Shown piece after piece: positions 1 through 7,231 of a DNA stretch of 10,033 nucleotides (within the stretch, counting starts at the first letter, position 1; each line of letters opens with the position of its first letter). Location: positions 1 to 10,033 of the forward strand of contig JAANOX010000172.1 of the NCBI GenBank assembly GCA_020184695.1, read 5' to 3'. Both the position numbers and the translations under genes were made by a program. The stretch is from Histomonas meleagridis 2922-C6/04-290x. Its lineage: Eukaryota; Protista; Parabasalia. The notes below the pieces were generated by a model that did no database searches, was not told the DNA's origin, and saw only the letters and a list, made by a program, of their open reading frames with translations.

Positions 1-93
1 TAAAAGAAAGCATTAACGACGAGAGGATGATTGAAAATTAGGATTAACGGTAGGTTTTAAGGAAACATGTGCGAAAAATAAAAATATTAAAAC

Positions 94-197
94 CTTACTT
101 ACTCTTACCTAACTTACCTATAAAAACTAGAAAATTTAAGAAAGAGGATAAATACATGCGGACAAAAACCAAGGTAAGTAAGAGTAAGGTAAGTAAG
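94..197. repeat. Inverted clusters of CTTAC (94-117) and GTAAG (174-197) pentamers around an AT-rich spacer
   Basis: CTTAC at 94, 98, 104, 113 (plus CTAAC at 109); GTAAG at 174, 178, 184, 189, 193. Read directly from the sequence. Confidence 0.75.
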
Positions 198-253
198 GAA
201 ATTAAGCTTAGTTTTGAAGTAGTTTTTTGTTTTTTTATTCTTACTAAAAAAAG

Positions 254-1625
254 ATGTCAGAGGTAAGTATTGATATAAACGACAAATTCAATCTAATGGA
301 TATTAGAAATAATGCTCCCTATGATTTAAACGGAGATGACGCAATAATCGATTTAAAGAAATGTTTCTTAGCCTGCGATTCAACACCTGAAGTATTCATG
401 TTTAAAGATTATGACGCAGTGAATGATTATGTTAAAGTAAGTTACACATCAGAAAACGTTGCAAAACAAAAGCTAAAGAAAATAATTATTGGCAAAAGAA
501 CTGAAGGAAACAAAACAAAAAATGTTTCCGCCTGGGATTTATATTTAGAAAATACAAAAATATTTACGGTAAAAGCATTAAAATTTTATTCAAATGACCC
601 TCAAATTTTTTCTTATTTTAGAGGTTATGATTATAAAAAGCTTGATAAAGTAAAAACAGAAATTATACAACCATTTTTAGATCACGTCAGAGAAGTAATA
701 GCAAATGGTAATGAAGAAATTTATAGATATATTCTAATTTGGATCGCGAGCATTCTTCAAAAAAACCAAAATTTCAAAACTGGAGTTGCTTTAGTTATAT
801 TAGGAAATCAAGGAACAGGAAAAAATACATTCTTTACAGATGTAATATGCAAATTAATGGCGAGATACGCAAATGAAAATGTTACGAATATAGAATCAGT
901 AGTCGGTAAATTTAATGCAACATTGGAAAACAAAAAATTACTGGTTTTAAATGAACTACAAAGTATTGATACAAATAAATTTTTAAATTCTGATGCGTTA
1001 AAATCTATTATAACAGATAAAACAATAAATATAAATCAAAAAAAAAGAACCGATAAAATAAACAGAAAATGTTGCGAATTTTTATAATGGTATCGAATAA
1101 TGATGTTCCAATAAAGATTGAAAGTTATGATAGAAGATATGTTGTAACAAAAAAACAAGTGATAAGCATTTACAAGATTTTGATTATTTCTCAAAACTTG
1201 CTGATTCATTCACGCCTGAATTTTTATGAAAATTTATTTACATTTTTTTCATGTTAATGGATGTGTCGAAAGTAAATTTAAGAAGAATTCCTGACAGTGA
1301 AGCAAAAGAAAATATAAAAGAAGCTTCAATGTCAAGTTATGAGATATTCGCTAGAGACAATTACGAAAAAATCAAAAACATAACAGGTCCTGATTTATTT
1401 AATTTATATTGTGATTTTGTTGAAAAAAATAAATTCAACAGTTGCAGTTCAAGGACTTTTATTGCAAATATGAAAAAATTCACTGGGATCGCAACGCCGT
1501 GGATTAATGGAAAAACAACAAAAGTGTATAATTTATTACCAGAAGTTTATGATAGGTTTGAAGAATATCACAAAAAATTAGAAGAACAAATAGTTGATGA
1601 TGAAATTGATGATGATGCTTTATGA
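254..1625 (+). CDS. D5-like / DUF5906-type superfamily 3 helicase (primase-helicase C-terminal type), frameshifted in this sequence; about 455 aa when rebuilt
   Basis: Walker A GNQGTGKN and Walker B LLVLNE lie in ORF 254..1087. Motif C/arginine-finger segment NVANF-IMVSNN...DRRYVV follows across the frameshifts. ORF 1251..1625 has a winged-helix-like C-terminus (ITGPDLFNLYCDF...SSRTF) and an acidic tail. Manual re-framing gives one continuous protein: ...INQK/EPIK*TENVANF/IMVSNNDVPIKIESYDRRYVVTK/TSDKHLQDFDYFSKLADSFTPEF/YENLFTF/FMLMDVSK... It is either a recent pseudogene or an intact gene with sequencing errors. Confidence 0.85.
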
Positions 1626-1643
1626 AGAATGTTTATTTTTATC

Positions 1644-1750
1644 AAAAAAGTATGTTTAAAATTTTGAGGGTTAATTCTAACCTAAAAGTTAACCCTTTTT
1701 TTAACCCTTTACGAAACGGAGAAAATGAGCATTTTTTGAATGATTTAACG
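1644..1750 (+). repeat. Diverged dispersed repeat, copy 1 (partner at 8715..8811)
   Basis: Shares AAAAAGTAT, AAAAGTTAACC and TTTTTTTAACCC with the partner. Block 1709-1750 matches 8770-8811 at 32/42 ungapped. Confidence 0.6.
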
Positions 1751-2066
1751 CAAAAGTTGAGATACAAAAATCAGAATATCTCGTTATGTGTTTAATGGAT
1801 TATTGAAATAAGAATATAAAAATAAATGCTAATATCAGTTTTGCTTTTCAAAAAATTCTTTTTCAATTTCTGACTGTTATTTTTATATAATTTACATTAG
1901 CCGATGGCAAACTGCGACAAAGTCACATATCAAACGAATCGCAAAATTATGTACTATTCAATGCTTATAATTTCATGTTTTAAAATTGATGACATCATAA
2001 ATTTATTTTTAGATTTTTGTAATTAACACTTAAAAATTGATGTTTCATTCGTGTGTGTGAGTGATT

Positions 2067-2860
2067 TGTCGATTTTAGCAATCAACGCTGATAAATTCAA
2101 CGAACGTAAACTTGTTTTAAAATAATGATATATCATTAATTCCTTTGTGAATGTTGTAACAAACGCTGATAAATTGAACGAACGTAAACTTGTTTTAATA
2201 AATGTTTTATCATTAATCCTTTGTCGAAATAAGCAAGCAAACGCATAAATCTACATCTAATGTTAATGTTTTATCATTAATCCTTTGTCGAATGTTGCAA
2301 TAAACGCTGATAAATTGAACGAACGTAAACTTGTTTTAAAATAATGATATATCATAAATTGTCGAATGTTGCAATAAACGCTGATAAATTGAACGAACGT
2401 AAACTTGTTTTAAAATAATGATATATCATAAATTCCTTTGTCGATATAAGCATAAACGCCTTAAATCAACATAGTCATTAATGTTTTTCATTGAATCCTT
2501 CGTCGAATGTTGCAATAGAGCTGAAAAATTGAACGAACGTAAACTTGTTTTAAAATAATGATATATCATAAATTCCTTTGTGAATGTTGTAACAAACGAT
2601 GATAAATTGAACGAACGTAAACTTGTTTTAAAATAATGATATATCATTAATCCTCTGTCGAATGTTGTAATAAACGCTGAAAAAAATTGAACGAACGTAA
2701 ACTTGTTTCGTTCATCTGAATCGTAAGTGATTTGTGGATTTTGAGCGTTTGATGCTTAAAAATTGTTGTTTGAAAATAATGATATACATAAATTCCTCTG
2801 TCGAATGTTGCGATAAACGCTGAAAAATTGAACGAACGTAAACTCGTTTTAAAATAATGT
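2067..2860. repeat. Tandem array of about 78-nt units with interspersed 62-63-nt variants; higher-order period about 214-221 nt
   Basis: AACGAACGTAAAC starts at 2099, 2177, 2318, 2392, 2532, 2610, 2690 and 2831. Most units contain the palindrome ATGATATATCAT. Unit-length indels (74, 78, 80) argue against coding. Confidence 0.95.
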
Positions 2861-2906
2861 GAGTCGTTAATGGTTGTGTGATTTTAGATTTTTTTTTAAA
2901 TTAATG

Positions 2907-3016
2907 AGTCCCAAGTCCCAAGTCCCATTTATGTTTATATATAAGTGGCGGAGAGCTCCGACTCCCGACATTAATTTTGATTTGTGACTTGGGACTGGTA
3001 CCGATACAATTAACAG
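2907..3016 (+). repeat. GC-rich direct repeat, copy 1 (origin- or promoter-like)
   Basis: 2914-3016 matches 6870-6972 at 97/103, with the first 58 nt identical. Contains AGTCCCA x3, TTATATATAA, CGGAG-ag-CTCCG and the inverted GACTTGGGACT. Confidence 0.95.
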
Positions 3017-3248
3017 GAAAATACAATTAACTGAATGATTAACGGAAAAAACAAACGGATAATAATCCTAAAAGTGATGTTATATTGATTAGTACCATTA
3101 GCTTTAATTTTTGGGACCATCACTTTTAACAGTATAATTAAGAAAAAATTGATATCATAACTTGAACCATAAAAATATATCATAAACTTATTCGTCGACT
3201 GCAAAAAATAAATGATATCATAAATTCAAAAAATAATTACAATATAAT

Positions 3249-4748
3249 TTATCTCTTAACATCAAATTCTTCATCAAATTCTTCATCAAATTCTTCATCA
3301 ATTCTCTTTCTATAAAATACACGAGTGACTTTACCGAATATTTTTATTTGTTCCTTATAAATTTCTTTTTCCATCAGCTCTCTTTCAAATGATTTCTTAC
3401 TTAGTTTAAAGCGATCGTATTTTGAGTATTGAACGTATAACCGGTTCATTTCTGATACTGTTATATATTCTATTTCTTCGTCATGATATATTGCATTCTT
3501 CCAACATTCTTGAATATCATCAAGGAAATCTTCAAGTGGCGATTCTTTAATGCCTCTAAGTTGATTTTGAACAATCGACGAGTCGTAACGGTCAAATAAA
3601 TTTCTTTTCACAAAATCATTTAGATCTAAAGACATTAAATAATTATATAAAGATAATGGAAAATTAATGTTGTCAATAACATCTTTATCCTTAACAAATT
3701 CTGATTCAAAAATGCTTCTTTCTTTAAATCTAATTATACAAAATCTTGACAGCAAGGCTTGATCTCCTGAATTCAACATACCGTATAAATCCGCGTGATT
3801 TGTGTTTAATACGTCGATGGCAAAATCATTTTCTTGGCGTGTATCACGATTCATCGATCGCACCGTTTGTGAATTATTAGTCAATCGTTTGATGATATTA
3901 TTAGTTGTTTTATTTGAATAATTATCAGTTGAAAACTCATCATAAGAACGATAAAGCTTTTTTTCTTTTTTTCCGTTGTGCTTCTCACTTAGTTGTAGTT
4001 CATTTATTCCGACTAAGGCAAAATCTCGATAAAGTTTTTTGAATGAATTGTCGATATATGTTTTTCCAGAATTTCCGGTTGAAGAATATTTAATAAAGAA
4101 TACTGGAGCTTTTTTACGAAACTTTAAAGTAAAAGCTGCTATTTTAAGTAGATGATGAAAAGCTTTTATTGCTTCATCATCAAAAAGTTGATCTTCAATT
4201 AATTGAATCCATTTACTAATAAGATCAGGTTTATCTTCTATTGAGGTATAACTCATTGTGATTGAGGGAGCTCTAAAGAGAGAGAAAATTTTGTCATCAT
4301 CTCCAATAACTTCAAACCTCACAAAACTTTTGAATCTATCTCTATTCTTAACGTTTCGTAATTCTTTAAACAAAGATATAGTTTTTTTTTTTTTTTTCTT
4401 TTTATGCCTTTTACGCATCAGTTCTTTTTCTTCGTTTGTTGTTGGCAGTGTGATGTCAAAATTGAAATAATTCTGAAGTGATTTTGAATCTAAAATTTGA
4501 AAATCAATTTTTCCATCATTGAAAACTTTCATTATATAATCTCCCAAATCAGTGAACGCCAAACATTTTATAAGGTTATTTATATAGTCGTCAACTGTTG
4601 AAAAACTAATCATTTCTTTCAAATAATCAGAAAAACAGTATTTAGAATTTAAAAACTCATCTTTAGAAACATTATTTTTTTTAATTAACGGCAATATAAA
4701 TTTATTATAATAATCATTATTATGAATTTTTAATATCTTTAATAACAC
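3249..4748 (-). CDS. Second D5-like / SF3 helicase (C-terminal part of a primase-helicase)
   Basis: 499-aa open frame with a variant Walker A (STGNSGKT), Walker B (YRSYDEF), motif C (DVLNTN), arginine finger (LLSRFCII), a winged-helix-like C-terminus (ITVSEMNRLYVQY...SKKSFERE) and an acidic tail. The GTG 'start' is probably not real because the frame joins the upstream ORF. Confidence 0.85.
   Translation of the reverse strand: MLLKILKIHNNDYYNKFILPLIKKNNVSKDEFLNSKYCFSDYLKEMISFSTVDDYINNLIKCLAFTDLGDYIMKVFNDGKIDFQILDSKSLQNYFNFDITLPTTNEEKELMRKRHKKKKKKKTISLFKELRNVKNRDRFKSFVRFEVIGDDDKIFSLFRAPSITMSYTSIEDKPDLISKWIQLIEDQLFDDEAIKAFHHLLKIAAFTLKFRKKAPVFFIKYSSTGNSGKTYIDNSFKKLYRDFALVGINELQLSEKHNGKKEKKLYRSYDEFSTDNYSNKTTNNIIKRLTNNSQTVRSMNRDTRQENDFAIDVLNTNHADLYGMLNSGDQALLSRFCIIRFKERSIFESEFVKDKDVIDNINFPLSLYNYLMSLDLNDFVKRNLFDRYDSSIVQNQLRGIKESPLEDFLDDIQECWKNAIYHDEEIEYITVSEMNRLYVQYSKYDRFKLSKKSFERELMEKEIYKEQIKIFGKVTRVFYRKRIDEEFDEEFDEEFDVKR
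3261..3305 (-). repeat. 12-nt coding tandem repeat giving the (D)EEF x3 acidic tail of helicase 2
   Basis: ATCAAATTCTTC at 3261, 3273 and 3285, plus a partial fourth copy. Confidence 0.9.
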
Positions 4749-4767
4749 GCCATGATGTTTAAATCTC

Positions 4768-5310
4768 TTACTTTCTATTTCTTGTTATTTGTTCAAAGAA
4801 TTTATTTTTAGCATTAACTGTTAAATCAGCTGTTTCATAAATTTTCATAAACGCATCGTTTATTAAATCGCGATTGATTGTTTCACTTTCAAAAGAATTA
4901 AAACCGCAAATTACAGGAAGCAGAGAAATTTCTTGATCTACTGATTTATTGCAGTCGTTGTGGATTTCAAGATTTTTAAAACCATTAACTAAAGCATTAA
5001 ATAATTTTAATTCATTCTCTGGATTTCTTTCTTCTGTTTCTTCTTCAAATAATTCTTCATTAAAATTCAATTCTTCATTAAAAACAGTAACTTTTTCGTT
5101 TTGTTTCTCAATCAAACTTTCAAAATCAATTCCAATCTCATCAAAAAGTATATTTTTTAAATCATCAAAAGTCATTAATTCATCATTATTGCAATCGTTT
5201 ATTAATATATACTCACCAATAACTCCATCGTGATTCTTTGCTTTACTTCCCGGTAATACTACTATCGATCGTTTCTCTCTATCTATCGGAACGAATAAAT
5301 CAACATCGAA
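4768..5310 (-). CDS. N-terminal part of primase-helicase 2, including the C-terminal half of a Prim-Pol-like (AEP) domain; no start codon at the 5' end of the open frame
   Basis: The frame of ORF 4768..5175 stays open upstream to 5310: FDVDLFVPIDREKRSIVVLPGSKAKNHDGVIGEYILINDCNNDEL-MTF. This fits the Prim-Pol pattern D[IL]...VVxP[GP]S...G..Y. Removing one A near 4785 joins it to 3249..4748 (FFEQI-QEIESKRFKHHGVLLK). Confidence 0.65.
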   Translation of the reverse strand, partial: FDVDLFVPIDREKRSIVVLPGSKAKNHDGVIGEYILINDCNNDELMTFDDLKNILFDEIGIDFESLIEKQNEKVTVFNEELNFNEELFEEETEERNPENELKLFNALVNGFKNLEIHNDCNKSVDQEISLLPVICGFNSFESETINRDLINDAFMKIYETADLTVNAKNKFFEQITRNRK

Positions 5311-5384
5311 CTAAAAAAAGTAATTACAACATTAAAACTAAGCTTAATTACAAAACATATTTTTAATATTTTTACGACTAATAA

Positions 5385-5654
5385 ATGGAAACCATTAATG
5401 ATATTAATAACACAGAAGATAACAAAAAACATAGATTAACAAAAAACCAAAAAAGATTGTATATTGATTTTCTAATGCGAGATGATATAAAAGAAATTTT
5501 AAAAACAATTCCAAAACGTTCACAATTGAATTTTTTAAGAGAAGCTTTTGAAAAAGAAACTGGAATTAAAATATCTCGTCATATAGCTTATTTAATAAAA
5601 CCTGATAACATACCAACAGTTATTTATGGAGGTCAAACTTATATTGTGTGTTAA
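5385..5654 (+). CDS. Small basic protein, probable HTH DNA-binding protein (89 aa)
   Basis: Clean ATG..TAA. LREAFEKETGIKISRHIAYLI resembles the Tc1/IS630-type HTH pattern (l...tG..vS...). Transcribed divergently from primase-helicase 2. Similar to 7232..7528. Confidence 0.6.
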   Translation: METINDINNTEDNKKHRLTKNQKRLYIDFLMRDDIKEILKTIPKRSQLNFLREAFEKETGIKISRHIAYLIKPDNIPTVIYGGQTYIVC

Positions 5655-5697
5655 ATATTATTTTTGTCAACGCTCAAAAACACATCTTGCATTAACG

Positions 5698-5975
5698 TTA
5701 TCATCAGCTTTATCATCATCAGCTTTATCATTCAACGAAAGCATTAATTAAAGAACTCTCGACACATCATTTTTGTTCTTATCATTCAACGAAAAGCATT
5801 AATTAAAGAACTCTCGACACATCATTTATGTTCTTATCATTCAACGAAAAGCATTAATTAAAGAACTCTCGACACATCATTTTTGTTCTTATCATTCAAC
5901 GAAAGCATTAATTAAAGAACTCTCGACACATCATTTTTGTTCTTATCATCAGCTTTATCATTCAGCTTTACATCA
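5698..5975. repeat. Four 54-55-nt tandem units bounded on both sides by short ATCATCAGCTTT repeats
   Basis: AAGAACTCTCGACACATCAT at 5751, 5806, 5861 and 5915. The reverse complement (TGATGTGTCGAGAGTTCTT) resembles the 8633-8697 and 9505-9987 units. Confidence 0.95.
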
Positions 5976-6028
5976 ACGCCAAAGTCATTAATTTTAAATT
6001 ATCAATTTATAATTTTATTTTTATATAA

Positions 6029-6406
6029 ATGGAGTTATTAATTCCAGAAGAATTTTTAAGATATAATATATCATTTTGTTTTGAAGATGAAGAATTCACT
6101 AACGCAAACACTATTATAGAAAATATATTTAGAATTTACGGCAAACAAAATTTTATAGAGTTTTACTTTGACTTTGACGAAGCGCAAACGTTTGACAATA
6201 TAGTATATAGAATTAGAATAAAGAACATAAAATTTGGTGATTCAAGCATAACGTTTGGAATTCCCGTTTATATTTACGTTACTAACACAAAGCATAGAAC
6301 GCTGACAAAGAACAATAACAAAGTCGTTTATTTTACAAAAAACTATGAGACGTTCAGGAATGAAGATGGAGTCGTCATTAAATATTATTATTATTATTTT
6401 AGTTGA
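6029..6406 (+). CDS. Hypothetical protein (125 aa, aromatic-rich), no family recognised
   Basis: Isolated ATG..TGA frame of protein-like composition in non-repetitive sequence between two arrays, with the same TAAATG start context as the 5385 gene. Confidence 0.6.
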   Translation: MELLIPEEFLRYNISFCFEDEEFTNANTIIENIFRIYGKQNFIEFYFDFDEAQTFDNIVYRIRIKNIKFGDSSITFGIPVYIYVTNTKHRTLTKNNNKVVYFTKNYETFRNEDGVVIKYYYYYFS

Positions 6407-6439
6407 AAAATCACTAATTAAAAATCAATAATGAATACG

Positions 6440-6790
6440 TTGATTTTAGCATCAAACGTATAAAAATACTTCTTCCGTTCGTGTTATATCAATAATGATT
6501 ATGTTGATTTAAAACAAGTGGATTTAAGTGCGAACGACTTAAAAATACTTCTTCATTCATGTTATATCAATATGATTATGTTGATTTAAAACAAGTGGAT
6601 TTAAGCGCGAACGACTTAAAAATACTTCTTATGTTTACTTATATGTTAATCCTATGTCGATTTTAGCATCAAATGCATAAAAATACTTCTTCTGTTTACT
6701 TATATGTTAATCCTCTGTCGATTTTTAGCATCAAACGCTTAAAAAATACTTCTTCCGTTCGTGTTATATCAATAATGATTTCGTCGATTA
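6440..6790. repeat. Mosaic tandem array of about 78-nt and 62-nt units, each with an arm-N7-arm inverted repeat
   Basis: AAAATACTTCTT anchors at 6463, 6542, 6619, 6680 and 6743 (periods 79, 77, 61, 63), with an outlying copy at 7046. Confidence 0.9.
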
Positions 6791-6848
6791 TAGAATTACT
6801 GTTAAAACATAAGGCGGTACGATTTGACCACCATCAATTTTTTAAAAT
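6782..6848 (+). repeat. About 67-nt repeat with a variable 17-nt hairpin core, copy 1 (copy 2 at 7084..7150)
   Basis: CGTCGATTATARAATTACTGTTAAAACATAAG-N17-CCATSAATTTTTTAAAATT, offset 302 nt. Confidence 0.85.
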
Positions 6849-6869
6849 TCTTTTGGTAACAAAGTAACG

Positions 6870-6972
6870 AGTCCCAAGTCCCATTTATGTTTATATATAA
6901 GTGGCGGAGAGCTCCGACTCCCGACATGAATTTTAATTTGTAACTTGGGACCGGGACCGATACATTTAACAG
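6870..6972 (+). repeat. GC-rich direct repeat, copy 2
   Basis: 97/103 identical to 2914-3016 in the same orientation, offset 3,956 nt, with AGTCCCA x2. Confidence 0.95.
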
Positions 6973-7083
6973 TATAATTAAGAAAAACATTGAACAAATC
7001 ATAATAAATCGTTAATCCTTTGTCGAAACTAATAATTACCTCTTAAAAATACTTCTTCATTTACTGATGAATAACTAATGATA

Positions 7084-7150
7084 CGTCGATTATAAAATTA
7101 CTGTTAAAACATAAGATGACAGGATCCTGTCACCATGAATTTTTTAAAAT
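7084..7150 (+). repeat. About 67-nt repeat with a variable 17-nt hairpin core, copy 2
   Basis: Same flanks as 6782..6848. The core contains the perfect palindrome TGACAGGATCCTGTCA (7117-7132). Confidence 0.85.
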
Positions 7151-7231
7151 TTATGACACTGTGCAATTTTGCACACCCTTGATTTTAAAGTTAATTTTAA
7201 ATCATTAATGTAAATTTTTACTGATTATAAA

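Noticed and set aside
69-266. 65-aa ORF as an independent gene
   Set aside because: It starts at GTG, runs through the CTTAC/GTAAG repeats and a T-rich tract, and has no recognisable motif. At most part of it is a small first exon.
1059-1061. TAA read as Gln (ciliate-type genetic code)
   Set aside because: The long ORFs have no internal TAA/TAG, use CAA for Gln and end in TAA. The standard code fits, and this stop lies among A-run errors.
1069-1257. 62-aa ORF as a separate protein
   Set aside because: It is a mosaic of in-frame and out-of-frame pieces of helicase 1.
2426-2647. 73-aa repeat protein on the minus strand
   Set aside because: It arises only because 78 is divisible by 3. Neighbouring units of 74 and 80 nt break the frame.
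3010-3204. 64-aa minus-strand ORF
   Set aside because: Short, lies in repeat-derived intergenic DNA, no motif.
4382-4403. Poly-lysine tract as a nuclear localisation signal
   Set aside because: It derives from a T16 run whose length is unreliable given the homopolymer problems elsewhere. A basic patch may be real, but its size cannot be trusted.
4258-5233. Plus-strand ORFs 4258..4470 and 4949..5233
   Set aside because: They are antisense shadows of the primase-helicase, Ser/Phe-rich as expected from the reverse of Glu/Lys-rich codons.
6673-7002. ORFs 6673..6867 (+) and 6802..7002 (-)
   Set aside because: Both lie over non-coding repeats that have copies elsewhere lacking the frame.
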